From positions 186,001-250,000 of the forward strand of contig NW_026856121.1 in the NCBI RefSeq assembly GCF_026571515.1: 64,000 nucleotides of DNA. The letters run 5' to 3'. Position 1 is the first letter of the stretch. Each line of letters begins with the position of its first letter. The DNA is from Ruditapes philippinarum (Eukaryota). Below the pieces are notes generated by a model, which ran no database searches, had not been told where the DNA came from, and saw only the letters and a program-made list of their open reading frames with translations. The position numbers were made by a program, and so were the translations under genes. This document shows, piece by piece, positions 13,373 to 27,220 of the stretch.

Positions 13373-16300
13373 TTATGGAACTTCTTTCTCGCAAATAGGA
13401 TAAACACCGTCGGTTTGCAGACCGTGTAGGCACGTTACATCGTCAAATTTGTAACCAAATATATCAGATATCCATATACAATGACTTGACTGAGGCCAGT
13501 CGGGCAAGTCAGGATACCAGAAATAACTTGTCATCGGAATTGCCTCATTATCAGCCGTTTTATAAGCATCAGTAGCAAAAGGGTCCGAGGCGTTAGCATT
13601 GCTTCCATCTATCCAATAACTGTATCCGTGTATACCTGTCAAATAAAGTGCTACGATTAGAGAGAGGAACTCAGTCATTTTTATTGTTTACATTTCGTAT
13701 ATCAGCTGATTATATTTATTTATCATAAATTGTTATATATTATTCTATTATAATTCCGATATTTGCCCGTTGTATAGTAACAAAAAGAGGTGATTTATGA
13801 CAGAATGAATCACCCTGTAGTATGTATTATTTTCATGATATAAAACTGCGACAACTCTCATAGATATGCATTGTCACATAAGGACAAGATAGTAGACAAG
13901 ATGGTACTTTAATGTACTCAAACGTAATATCATATCCAAACCATGATATAATCTGAAATAGGTCTAGCGTTCATTTATTTTCAACAGAAAGTAATATATC
14001 AAACTAATATATGTTATTCAATTTGATGCTAAATAATTTATAGGTAAAATTGTCTTACTTTCACATTTTGTCAGATTATTTCTTACAAAATCCATTTTTT
14101 CTTCTGTCAGTATCTTTAACAGTCTCCCTCCAATGGAAGTACAGGACAAAAGTGCGTCTGGCTGAGACACCTTTGTTGTTCTCATTAACCTGTAACGAAA
14201 ACATATAAATATATTAGATGATAAGACTATAGAGTCAGCATAAGTTAGGCGTGAACATATTCCGGAAGACTAAGACATGGTAGTATCCCCAATATTCCCG
14301 CATTTGTCGTCCTTAAAGCATGTATCATAGCATCAAATCGAAACACACACATAAACATTCGTGCGGGCACGTATTAGCATGCATCCGTGTTGTCGTGTAA
14401 TGTGGTTTGTCTACGTGAATGTACTCATATGTATTATATCAACACATTTTAGCCATATTTTTCATTTTTCGGAGAAAACAAATCGTATTTGGTGAAATCA
14501 AATAATTATGATTAAACGTTGAAGAGTTAAGGTAAAATATACACTCTTTTAATCTAATTGTCAATTTAATATCAGCACCAGACATAAGGTCACATTTTAC
14601 ATTTGACTTACTTAAACATATATACTGTGCCATCTGTTAATCTTGCCTCAGCCCAGTTTCCATCATTCTGAGGACATTCAATGAAGTACTCTAAAACCAA
14701 CAATCAATCATGAGTTAGTTAGGTTCAAAACATATTAAAAAAAAAAGATCTCTACAGTGCAATTTGCTGTTACATATGCATAACTTGTACAGGGAACACT
14801 AATCTGTCAGTCGGCACACTCTATTTACAGTAATATATGTACTGTTTATATAAGTATTTGCAGTATCAAAAATGCAAACAATCGCCGTTCAGCCAGGTAT
14901 TCAAAAAACAATTTTAAATGAAATAGATTCCTTTCTGAACAAAAAGCTATTGTTTCTCATTTTAAGAGAAATATTTCGAATAATATTATGTCCCCCACAG
15001 GAATCTACACACTGGTCACTACAAACCCCATAAGGTTTGAGGCCACAGAAGTGCAGCCACCGTTTATTCCTGTGTCACTATGATTGTCCCCTTATATCCC
15101 ATCAACAACTTATGTCACTATGATTCATCCCCTTATACCCAATTAACAACTTATGCCACTATGATTTATCCCTTATATGCCATCAACAACTTTGTCACTA
15201 CGATTTATCCCCTTATATCCCATCAAGAACTTTGTCACAATTATTTATCCCTTATATTCAATCAGTAACTTTGTCTCTATGATCTTCTTATATCCCATCA
15301 ACAACTTAAGCACTATGACGTATCCCTTATAACCCATCCACAACTTATGCCACTATGATTTATCCCTTATACCACATCCACAACAACTTTGTCACTATAA
15401 TGTGTCCCTTATATGTCATCAACAACTTTTTCACAATGATTTATCCCCTTATATCCCATCAAAAACTTTAGCATTATGATTTATACCCTAATATCCCATC
15501 AACAACTTGTCACAATGATTTATCCCCTTATAACCCATCAACAACTTTGTCACTATGATTTATCCCCTTATAACCAATCAAAATCTTAAGCACTATCATT
15601 TATCCCCTTATATATGTCATCAACAATTTTTTTCACCGTGATTTATCCCCTTATATCCCATCAACAACTTTGTCACAATATTTTATCCCCTTATATCCCA
15701 TCAACAACTTTAGCACTATGATTCATCCCCTTATAACCCATCAACAACTTTGTCACTATCATTTATCCCCTTATATATGTCATCAACAATTTTTTTCACC
15801 ATGATTTATCCCCTTATATCCCATCAACAACTTTGTCACAATATTTTATCCCCTTATATCCCATCAACAACTTTAGCACTATGATTCATCCCCTTATAAC
15901 CCATCAACAACTTTGTCACTATCATTTATCCCCTTATATATGTCATCAACAATTTTTTCACCATGATTCATCCCCTTATATCCCATCAACAACTTTAGCA
16001 CTATGATTTATCCCCTTATAACCCATCGACAACTTTGTCACTATGATTTATCCCCTTATATCCCATCAACAACTTGTCACCATGATTCATCCCCTTATAT
16101 CCCACCAACAACTTAAGCACTATGATTTATCCCCTTATAACCCATCAACAACTTTTCCCCTTATATCCCATCAACAACTTTAGCACTATGATTTATCCCC
16201 TTATAACCCATCAACAACTTGTCACCATGATTTGTCACCATGATTTATCCCCTTATATCCCATCAACAACTTTAGCACTATGATTTATCCTTTTATATTC

Positions 16301-17203
16301 CATCAACAGCTTATGTCTAACAAACATTGACATGAATACGGACAATAATTGCATATGTTACTATAATTAGTAATAAAATTGCGTTTTTTTTTTCTCAATA
16401 TACACGTTACGTTATTGACAACTGCATCGCAAAAAATGACCGTCGAGAATAAGTTGATAGATTTAGATAATCTAATCGGACAACAATAGTAATAAAAATA
16501 GGTTTACTATAATTAGTTATAAAAATGCAATAACAGGTCATTACATAGGGCAAGTGCGCCTTAAGTCCATTTTGGCACACTTGGTTCAAAATTGCCCTCG
16601 GGCTAAAGCCTTCGGGCAAATAAGTCACCAAGTGTGCCAATATGGACTAAAGGCACACTTGCCCCATGTAATAACTTCTACATATTGACACCACATTTTG
16701 TTTTCGTCATCTTACCTTCCGTTTTTACGTAGTACTCAGTATTCACAGATGTTTGTAAGTCATAGTTGTCCTGGAATGTTGAGTTGTGAAGCTGACACAT
16801 TTTATCATCGTGTTTGTAGAAATAACTAACGCATCTTACGTTTTCATTACACACATAGCCGCAATGTATAACACTAGCAGCTGGCTGCATGTTCATGTAC
16901 CCTGTTGCTTTAATGGTGTCAGTGAGAGAAGAATTTTTCACAAACTCGTACAGTCTTTTCCCGTCTATGGCAGTAAAGTTCAAAACTACACAAAATAAAA
17001 TCAAATAATATTTCAAAATAAGTAATGCAAACTAATTTGCCGTATAGATAATTAGCATATACTGTTAAAATAACATTTTTTCTGAAGATTTAACATATTG
17101 TAAGATTATTATATAAAAACATATTGTAAAAACCATACTGATACTCAAAAATGTATTTACCAATGAGCAATACGAAAAATGTTCTTTCAGGTGACATGGT
17201 CAT
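13373..17203 (-). CDS. Secreted PAN/apple domain + C-type lectin domain protein (~261 aa, 5 exons)
   Basis: Exons (minus): 17203-17161, 16985-16716, 14690-14612, 14189-14059, 13635-13373; phases consistent, 786 nt. Signal peptide MTMSPERTFFVLLIVLNFTAIDG; PAN pattern HCGYVC...CVSYFY...CQLH; CTLD with YWIDG, WYPDLPD, HCIWI, FDDVTC, PICE. Confidence 0.85.
15070..16315 (+). repeat. Minisatellite, ~40-bp unit, about 30 copies, in intron 2 of the PAN-CTL gene
   Basis: Unit CACTATGATTTATCCCCTTATATCCCATCAACAACTTTGT with variants. Confidence 0.95.
16540..16672. mobile_element. Palindromic (fold-back) MITE-like element
   Basis: TTACATAGGGCAAGTGCGCCTTAAGTCCATTTTGGCACACTTGG is mirrored by CCAAGTGTGCCAATATGGACTAAAGGCACACTTGCCCCATGTAA around a central GCCCTCGGGCTAAAGCCTTCGGGC. 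Confidence 0.7.
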
Positions 17204-18047
17204 ATTTCGAATGTTTCGTAGATCTTCTCAATTACTGTGACAACTTTGCTCTAAATTTATTTGGACGGTGTCATACGGTTGGAAACGTGCAAACTGAATA
17301 ATAGATAATTGACTGATGCCGTTCAGATGACAAAGAAGATAAATGTCACGGATGAAGGTATCTCTATAAGGTAAGTCTCATAAAGTTTGTCCTGAAAACA
17401 AAAGATACTCGCATATACTGTTATAAATAATTGATTGTATTAATTGAATGATACAAGTTACAATATTTAGCACGCGAAAAGCTTAATAAAACAAATTCAC
17501 TTGATTTTCAAAATGCCATCTAATTGAACTTTTCGTGCAAAAATTTAATACTTTGACAAGATTGAATAAAATCACAATTCCCCGATGTTATCAATGTGTA
17601 AGGTCGGTTGTTAAAGTTGTCCAGCACCCCATATTTGCTTTAAAAAAATACAAATGTATTCATAAAATAGTCACCTGGAGGGTTTACTCCTCTTTTGTTT
17701 TGTTCACATATACATCCTTTTTTTAATCAGAAAGTAAGGACCTCGGATATTTGCCAATACAAAAACCATTACATTTAAGAGAAGGTTAGAAATTTAAGTT
17801 TGGCTTCCTATAAAATCTACAGGGAAGAACTGAATATAAGTAGAATTTTGATTGGTCATTTCAGAATTAGGAAAAAGGAAAATGACTCAATGAACTTTCA
17901 GCACCATAGCTTTATATTACTTTGCACATACAGTGATGAGCAGTACATGCACAACATGTTTATTAGTTTACTTAAAATTGAACAATTAAATAATTGCATT
18001 GAAGTCTTTTCATCATTTTGATATAATTCATGTATAGAATTGTATGC

Positions 18048-18262
18048 TTTGTTTGTTTGTTTCATTTTACGCCTTTTCCCAACATTATTTCAGTCATAAA
18101 GGCGGGTAGTTTCCTAACCATCGTTCCTGGAGAGTTACACCAGTATTAGACTACCTTCCTCCGCGCTAAACTACCAAAGCATCCCCCGGGGATCGAACCC
18201 ACGCCAGAGAGGTAACTGGATTAGAAGTCATCGACTCTAACCCCTCGACCACGGAGGTGGCT
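18048..18262 (-). mobile_element. tRNA-derived SINE with (CAAA)n tail
   Basis: Minus strand: GTGGTCGAGGGGTTAG A-box, GGGTTCGATCCCC B-box, body, then AAACAAACAAAC tail. Confidence 0.8.
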
Positions 18263-18422
18263 TGCAATAGGACATTTAATTACATATATAGGCAACACTT
18301 TATGTGATTCGTTTTGAATTCTCATTGTAGATAGTGTGTTAGACATTGTAAGATAAAATGTTACGATTATCTTATCTCTATGACTTTTAAAAAGGACTTC
18401 ATTTGAAACAATTACATACTGT

Positions 18423-21400
18423 ATGTACATGATAATGATGATTAGTTTGGCGTTGATATTTGTTCTCTTTATTGAAAGTAAGTACTTTCTATTTTAATCT
18501 TAACAATAAAAAAATTGTTCACAAACCTTTGTGAAAGTGTGGAGTTTACTGTTTTCATTCATTCATGCTCCGCCCACCCCAAATAAAAAAATAAACTCCA
18601 GTGTTATTTTTGTACCTGTTAATAAATTGCAATCAGGTTTTCTTCACTCTTGATCAATAAATGATATTAAACGCGTATTTGTCACCAAAAAGAATTTCTA
18701 AGAAATTATAAAATTATAGATTGCCAATAAGAACATTCGTCAAAGTAAATGTATAAAAACCAGGAATTTGAATTTGGAGCTGTGTACTAATCCAATAAAA
18801 TCTATATTGTATTCAACAATGTATATTGGCTTTTTTATGTCATTGCAAAGTTAACCTATTGTTTACATCACTTCGCTGCTTGTATCATTGCCTTTTAAAT
18901 ATCGTTTGCACTAATTTATACTCATTGATATATACATTTGGTATGACAAACTAGTGTTATATTGTGGCAATTAATTATTTGACATTAAAAAATAAAGTTT
19001 TATACACAAGTTATGGGTCTAGACCTACATCAAATGAAACCTTTATCTCGTGAAATTATTTCCAGTCCCGTCATGTCAATAACCGTAGTGAAGTCCTTTT
19101 AACATTGATTTCGTTTCTAAAATGATGATGGACTCACATTTACCATATTTGATCAAATTAATATGTTCAAGGTTCAGTTTATGCGGATACAAGTTGTCCA
19201 GATGCATGGGTAGCATACAAGGGTTCATGTTATCTGTTTGCTCACGACCAGTCGCAAACCTTTACAGAAGCTGAGGTGAGAACTTTTCTAGTTTATTATA
19301 TACTACTGCTGTAATAAAAACAGAATTTGGACGTTTGGCGTTGTATAAACACTCAAGTTGCCCAGTGTAGGGTAAATCTTTTATGATGGACTTGATAACC
19401 AAATAAAAGTATGTGGTGCATTACAAGATTGTTGTTAACATCGTTGTTGCTGTTTAAACTACCGGGAGACATTGCCATTTGTAAGATTTATAAGCATTGA
19501 ACATAAATATACTTGCTGGTTAAGGACTTTACAAGCTTGGTTTTCCGTGATTATGCAAGCAGCGATATGGTGTACAAATTTAAATCTGTTGTGAAACCAG
19601 TTTTTACAACATCACACCATACAATCGGATACACAACTGTCAGATAAGATGACAACAGTGATATCATATTATACATATAATATGATGGTCGGAGGGAATT
19701 ATATGTGAGGATCTCTTCAACTTTTACATCCATTTACTTTATCAATTTGTTTTTATCAGTCCAAATCATGGTTTCATATAATCACGTTATTGTTGTTACG
19801 ATATAAGCTAGAGTTATAATAAAGATAGCAGCATATAAAATTTTTAATGTAGATATTAAATACGGATAGTGCACAATATCAACAAATCGCGTAAATCGTT
19901 AAATAAAACAGCAACATTTTAAAATATTTTATTTGTGGTCATTTATTGATACAGCTGCAAACAAAAGACTATTAATATGATTCTTTGCGGATATGACCAG
20001 AAAGAATGTTCACAACAGAATGAAGCATTTTCATAATACATAAAATACATTTGTAGTATACATAACCTTTGTTTTACTTTCGAATTGTTTAACCTAGATT
20101 TGTTCTTATTGGCTTTTGAACTTTTATTCATATTTTCATGGAAAAGATCTATAAAATGATGCAACTATAGTCTGATGCATACAATAAGATCTATGGACCA
20201 ACATTAAGTAATACCTGGGATGTATGTAAACAATGGAAATCCCATTAACGATGCAACCCAAGACAAGTGGATTGACAACAAGCGCACATCGACCAGCATA
20301 AATTAGCTTGAGTTCGTCATTCCCAGAGGGTTCTCGATGAGCCGAATGACAGACTTTAGAACCCTCTTTATCTAGAATAACCCGTGTATCCTATACCTTG
20401 TATGTTCAGATGATTGTACATGTATATGTTCTAAATAAGCAGTGTTCTTAACTTATTTACCCACCGTGTTTATCTTTAACAATATAAAATGTCTCTCATA
20501 CGTTAAAATGATTATTTATTTTTCATGATTTATAAACACTGGTATGAATATTCAATATTTATTGCAATTGAATTTTGTTGAGTGCATACCAAATTTTAAT
20601 TTTGTGTAAAGTAAAGTAGTTTGCCATGACGAATTATAAATTAAAGTGTCTTTTATATAATAAATGTGTTTTCTCATATTTGTTTGATGATACCATAATT
20701 TATAATTGTAATTTCAGCATTTTTGTAATCAGCATTCGTCTCATCTTGTACATATTAATGATGTTCACGAGAACAACTTCCTTCAACAATTTCTGACCCA
20801 TTTCACTTGTAAGTTTTCCATTTCCTTGTGGTTGCATGTATAAATTGGGCATTTTCTAGTGGTCGCATTCATAAGTCAGGTGGTTTAACATGTATACATT
20901 TCAAAATAAATTTGAATCTTTACATATCCAGAAACACTCCATTTTTCAACTTCTTTCACAGTTATTGATAAATCGATCTTGTGAAAAAGTTACTAAGAAC
21001 ATTACAAGTACATATATTAGTTTGATCATATACATGCATAATCTTATTTCAAAGTTAACATTCTGAAGCTTAAAAGTAGTATAAGTTCGCGCATCGGTTG
21101 ATAATACTTCGGATTTTATGGTAAACATTCAACATTTTTATAATCTTTGATAAAATTAATCTTACTTGCTTCTTGATAAATCCACATGACAGATTAATTT
21201 AACTATGAGCAGCGGCGTAGCCGATTGAGTTACACGTCGAAAAAGTAATCTATGGTGGGCTGGACACGTGGGTTCGAACCCGGTAAGGGGCAATCCGTTA
21301 TATATATTTGAAACTAATTGCTTAGAACGCGTCCATGAGTGTTCAAATAAGTTTATAACTTCCAACACAATTGAACTATAATAATTCATATTAACTAATT

Positions 21401-22186
21401 TGACATTGGAATTATGTATAGTTTTGTGTATTCTGTAAAAGCAAATGATTGGTGGATTGGACTCTCTGATACAGTCATAGAAAGCGAATATAAATGGATA
21501 GACAGCAACACTATAGCTGATTACGTGGAATGGGGACCTCACGAGCCGAACAATAACCACAACGAGGACTGTTGTATCATCAACAGGCAAGAAGGCTTCA
21601 AATGGGCAGATGTGAAGTGCTCTCTACAGTTCCAGCCGATCTGCGAGAAAAAGTAAGTAGGAGATAAAACTTCCCCTTTTGAGCATCTCTGTATTCCATC
21701 CATGCATCTTTTAAATAAATCTTACCTTAAAAATCTTTTGGTAACATTGCCTTAAGTTATACATGTATACATCATTTAATGATCCTAAGTTCTAATCTAA
21801 TGCGGAATATGATACTATTTCTTGAAAAGAAACAAATTAAAGTAACTTTTTTTCATTCTTGAAGTAAATGATAATTCTATGAATATTCATCAGAGCCTCA
21901 TATACTGACTACTCGCCTGAGTCAGATAATTTGAATATTCATTGGAGCCTGATTCACTGAATATTCATCGACATTCTGATACCCAAATCTAATTCACTAA
22001 ATATTGAACGGTATTCTGATACACTGACTATTAAACTGAACCTGATACAATTTGTTCGTATGTATGTTTTCTAGGCTTAATGAGGGTCCATTCGCCGTTT
22101 CAGGCACTGAGAGTACGGAAACTGGACATGTCCCATTCATGTCCTTAAATGTTATTATCAACCAATATGTGACCTATACATTTTGA
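18423..22186 (+). CDS. Secreted perlucin-like C-type lectin (EPN motif), 5 exons
   Basis: Exons 18423-18477, 19172-19275, 20718-20808, 21442-21652, 22075-22186; phases consistent. Signal peptide, SCPDAW..YKGSCY, FC...SHLV, WWIGL, EPNN, WAD, PICE. The exact start Met and last exon are less certain. Confidence 0.85.
21208..21290 (+). mobile_element. Short tRNA-derived SINE head remnant (intronic)
   Basis: GGCGTAGCCGATTGAGTT ... GTGGGTTCGAACCCGG A/B-box-like; no convincing cloverleaf. Confidence 0.45.
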
Positions 22187-22789
22187 ATTCAGTAATTAAT
22201 TGAATGATACTAAATAATGTATGCATGCAAGTCGATTTTTGTGATGATACAATTTTGATGCACGGGAGACTAATGAGACCATTATATGCATCATGGAGAA
22301 AAATATGGTGTTGCTGCTAAAATAATTTTTTTAGGATAATATATAAGTCTAGAATATTAAAAGGCTGTCCATTCTTTTTATAAATCGAACTTTACAGAAA
22401 TTTTTAATTGGTCACACGATTTATTTATCGTTCATGCAAAGTTAATGTTAAAATTGAAACTAATTACATGAATTATGGCAAAATTTAAACTTATTTTGAC
22501 TCACACCTGTTCACTTTAGTTAAAAATCCTTGTGTGGACATAATATCACTTTAATTCTTTCTTATTTTCTAAATGTTGCAGTGTTGCCAATGAGAACGAG
22601 ATCATAGGATAGCTTCCGTCCTAATTAGCTTCATTTATATATGAAATAATGATATTTCTGCAACGAGCTTGTAATAAAGTTTCATAGCAATTGTGTTTCA
22701 ATTATCTTTCTTTTACTATAACCCAAAACTTACAAGAACCTAGAACATATACTTATTTGCTTGCGGCTCGAAATTCTCTATGTTTGTAT

Positions 22790-23338
22790 ATTGTTACATT
22801 ATGAGACGATGTGCAGAGCGCAATTATTGAATTGCTATACCCAAGGTCAAGGTCACACTTACAAGCCAAATGTTAGAAAGTCTACAATTTGTGTCTGCCC
22901 ATAACATCTAAATACTGTAATATTTTTAAGATAACTTGGCAGAAATGATCACCACTATTATACCATTGGCAGAGCAGAATAATCAAGGCAGAAACCTGAA
23001 GGTCAGGCTCACACTCAAAGGTCCAATATAAAAACATCTTTTTTTCATGTCCGCTCTATAACTTATTAACAATTCAAAGGTTTTAAAATTACTTGGCACA
23101 AATGATCACCACCATTACAACCTGCAGAGCTCAACATTTAGGTTGCTACCCCTAAGGTCAAGGTTATATGTTCTCCATAACTTTTGACTTTATGGAAGAT
23201 TTTGAATAACTTGGTACAAAAAATCAGCGTGCTGATGATATGCATGGATCAACATCAAGGTCATGGGTTGTAAAAAGACAAGAAGTACACATTCATTACT
23301 GCGGAAAGGGATTTAGCTGTCCTTCAAACTGCCTTGTT
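22790..23338 (+). mobile_element. HINE/Helentron-like non-autonomous element with ~155-bp internal tandem repeats
   Basis: Three to four degenerate repeats containing AAGGTCAAGGTCAC, CATAAC and AACTTGGCAGAAATGATCACC. It ends in GGGATTTAGCTGTCCTTCAAACTGCCTTGTT, the hairpin + CTTGTT end typical of bivalve HINEs. Confidence 0.65.
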
Positions 23339-24289
23339 ATTATACAACTCAACTACTAGTATATCACACCATACAATCAAACGGGCAGACAGCAGTTCAA
23401 GCGTCGACAGCTGTACTTGTATATACATGTCGTCGCAGAAAACACAATTGACGATCGGTAAGTAGGCATCTATTTTTAACACATTCTAAACGTGTTCGAG
23501 TAATCAATGTCAACATCCAAAGGAGCATGCTAACAAATTTCTGACCCTGTGCAAGCTTTACTTCACGTTGACTGAAAATAACCACACTATCCAATGAGAT
23601 GGGGAATTTTGTTTAAGTCACAAAAACTTATATTTTCTCATTATAATAAATCCTTTTATCATACGATTCGTAAACGTCAACATTTCGTCATTTATATTCC
23701 AAACCATACCTTCAAAAATGTTTTTCTGTTAAAGTTATAGGATATTTTAGTTTGAGTGTCATCAAAATTTTAGTAACGTCAACAGCCGTTCGCCTCTTGT
23801 TAATGATATCATCGACAGCCATTCATCAGCAAGAATGAATAACGCTGAAACCCGTTCAAGGAATTAAGTGTCTATTATGGTTCATAACTGTTTCTATCAA
23901 GCAGGGGAAGAGCTTAACTTTAGTTTTATTTCAAACACTACTTGAAAAAAGCGTCAGAAGCCATAGGTATAGATATTCATTTTATCGAATACGTAAAGGA
24001 TTGTTTTGTGGCGGCCAGAAACATGTAGTAAAACATTTACCTACAACATCATATGTACATTGCACAAACACTAGTTCAGCAATTTGCGCTCTGTTATTTT
24101 CATCACTGGAATAGTGCTCCTAGCATGTACCTTATTATATAGACAGAATATATTTGAAAATCATACTATTAATCATGACGTTTGCTCCATGCCCATTAAA
24201 GCAATATGCTTTAAGGCAGGAACAAGTATCAACACTATGACTTTATGATGAAATCACAAGTACAAGTTTGTACATATAATTATCTAAGC

Positions 24290-26050
24290 GAACGGTTACT
24301 TATCCTATCATCGGATGTTGAGCTTAATCCAGGACCCTCTGCAGAGACTCAATCTATTCTTGGTGCCATTGTGGCTTCTAACATTAAAACCTCAAAATAA
24401 ATTTATGAAGTAAAACATGAAATTCTGTCAGTTAGGTCCGAAATTGTGAATGTAAAAAAATGAACTGTCATCAATGAGAGAAAGTTTAGATACTGTTGAG
24501 GATTGTCAAAAACGACAACAGAGAAAGTGAATGAACTAGACAACAGAATGTACAATTTTGAATACTCACATGACATTTAAAAATAGTTTTTGACAGCATC
24601 AAAAAATCAAAGTTGCATTTAGTTTTACATCATCAGGGCATTAAAGGTATCTTTTAAGGGCAATAAAAGATATCTATAATTTTGTCAAAACTTGTGTCAG
24701 ATTGGATTCTAAACATATTGAAATTTTTGAGTGTACAGGGCTGTAATTAAGCCCGATCCTTTTTCTCTATTTATAAATGAACTATATGTTGCTATAGCAA
24801 CCATAGGTAATGCTGGCTTACAGCTGACACCAGATGCTGTACAAATTATACTTTTACTATTTGCTGATGATGTTGCTTTGACTGCTGATAATGTAAATGG
24901 TTTACAACAGCAATTAAATATTTTGTTAAAATATTGTAATGATTGGAAATTCTCTGTTAATATAGAATGTCTAAAATTTTGGTCTTTAGAAAAATGTTGC
25001 TATTCATCTCGTCATGAAAAATGGACATATAATAACAACCAATTACAATGTGTTAATGGATTTTCCTATGTTGGAATTATATTTTAGTAGTAAGCTATCA
25101 ATGCAAAAGATGGCTGAGTATAATGCTAATAAAGCCAAGAGAGTTTTAGTCTTCTTATTATCATCATTGAATCATTTAATGCCAATGTCAAAAAAAATAT
25201 TTTTCAAGTTGTTTCATGCTAAAATTGCCCCATTCTTTTGTATGGATCAGAAATCTGCGGCCTTGACTATATATATATCATATTGAAAAAAGAGCAATTG
25301 TAAACGATACATGAATGCACCCCACGTTCCCGCAATGCTGTAATTGTTGATGGCTGTGGAAGATACCCTATGCATATTTTGAGAAGTATACGCTGCATTA
25401 AATTTTGGCTAAGAGTTCTTTCTATGCAAAACTATAGATATGTCAAATATGTTACTATATGTTGTTGTATTACGACAGTATTGGATATAGAAATTGAATG
25501 TTGAATGTCATTCAAATGCTAAACTTACTATTTGTATATTTCTATTAATTATAAATCAGTGTTTTAGTATGAAAATTACCTTGATATTGTTGACATCAAG
25601 AAGTTTATAAATGCTTTAGTAAGTATTCGGTCATCATCGCACCTTTTATTGATTGGAAAAGGAAGACAAATAGGTATTGATAGGAATCAAACATTTTGTT
25701 TCTGTTGTGAAGACCAGATTGAAAATGAATTTCATTTTATTTTAGTTTGTCCAACTTACAGTCATCTTAGAGAAAACTATATTCATAATAAATATTATAA
25801 TAATCCAACTTTGGAAAAAAGTTCATGTATTAATGTCATCCAGAAAAGAACAGATTCAAGATACAGGAACAGGAAAATAAAATGTCACTCTTTATAGTCT
25901 TGTATTTATAAAACTATTTACATACTTGTTTATAAATGTTAATATGTTGATTACTATAGATTTTCACCGTATTTGTGATTATGTGTTATAATATGTAAAG
26001 GTATTTTGTGTTTATCGTGATGTACGGGCTGGTGGCCTGAATGGAATCCA
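24290..26050 (+). mobile_element. Decayed, internally deleted CR1/L2-group LINE: 2A-like motif, coiled-coil ORF1 fragment, RT domain and C-terminal Cys motif
   Basis: LLILSSDVELNPGP at 24296-24337; FSLFINEL and LLLFADDVAL (RT catalytic motif) at ~24760-24880; CFCCEDQIENEFHFILVCPTY at ~25695-25760; many stops and frameshifts. Confidence 0.85.
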
Positions 26051-26329
26051 TTTTCATTTTTTGTGCATAAAATACAAAATCGCACGGCAAATTTTGTTTA
26101 AAGTTTGAATACAGATATCCTTTAAGGAATACAACACAACTGTGTTGTTAATTTTCGAAACCTGATAGTGCTTTTTAAAAGTATACTTCCCAAAATGATT
26201 CCTCGTGCTTCAGCAGATATTGATACCTACAAAGAATTATTCATTTTCTGACAGTAATAATCCAGTCTCCCAAGATGTAATACAACAACAACAATAATAA
26301 CATACATGTACATAAAGATTTATTCATTA

Positions 26330-26684
26330 TTTACTCAAGATTTTATATAATGAAATAAACATTTCAAGTACTTAAAACAGCAAGATATCGTACATTCTTC
26401 ATCCAATGATACCGTCACTGTTAGCTTCACAAAAATTAAACACAACAAAAAATTTAATATTTTTGTAATAGATATCATATACCTAAATCAATAGTTAGAC
26501 ATAAATGCAAAAAGCAAGATACCGACCGAACTGCATAAATACGTAATATTCCATCAAGAGGCAATTTTCTCCTGTTATTTAGCTTAAAGTTAGCGTCACG
26601 GTAACTTGCACTTTCCAGTGCTGTCCATGAAAAAGCTTGAAGATATAGTACTATGCTCATCATTGTGTAAAGTATTTTAATCAT
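26330..26684 (-). pseudogene. Possible remnant of secreted PAN-like gene(s)
   Basis: Signal-peptide-like MIKILYTMMSIVLYLQAFS followed by ...YAVRSVSCFLHLCL, which stops early. It abuts a second signal-like frame MISITKILNFLLCLIFVKLTVTVSLDEEC. Confidence 0.25.
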
Positions 26685-27220
26685 AGAAATTTATTGAAAT
26701 CTATGAAATCCTTATTTATTATGTTTATTTGAATTAAAGAATTAATAAATTATATATGGGAAGTTGCGTTTCCTATTACAGTTTTAGTAAGGTTGGTCTT
26801 TTCTTTAAAAAAAAAATCTGCAGTTTTTTTTAATGACAATATATATTTTATTGTAACCACCTATATTGTGTAGAAAATTAAACATTAAATAGAAATCTTT
26901 TTTATGTCAAGTCAAAACATATTTATTTTATGTTTACAAAGAGACTGTGAAGCAATAATCAATATTCTCTAATATAAAATCTGAGTATTGTACATCTTTA
27001 ATCAAACCGAGTTTGCAACAGTTTCAAATTACATCTATATATATATTTCACTCAGTATAATTAACATAAGTATTAGTAATCTGAAAGATTGCCATTATAC
27101 AATCTATATTTTTGTCTCGATGGGGGAGGGGGAATAACTGTAATTATTTTACTTGATCAGATGTCTTTAAGGAACATAGAGCATTGTCAGCGGAAGCCGT
27201 CCCTTCTCGTAGACTTTGTG

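Noticed and set aside
15070-16315. CRISPR-like array
   Set aside because: Units are contiguous with no unique spacers; eukaryotic intron; no cas genes.
16986-17058. Apparent nonsense mutation upstream of the PAN ORF (ATG...TAG in frame)
   Set aside because: This is intron sequence; an upstream 43-nt exon supplies the start and signal peptide.
18180-18262. tRNA-Arg gene
   Set aside because: The tRNA-like part runs into a SINE body and tail; the cloverleaf is imperfect.
20225-20481. Possible short solo LTR with AGAGGGTTCT/AGAACCCTCT hairpin
   Set aside because: TG...CA ends can be drawn, but I found no matching target-site duplication.
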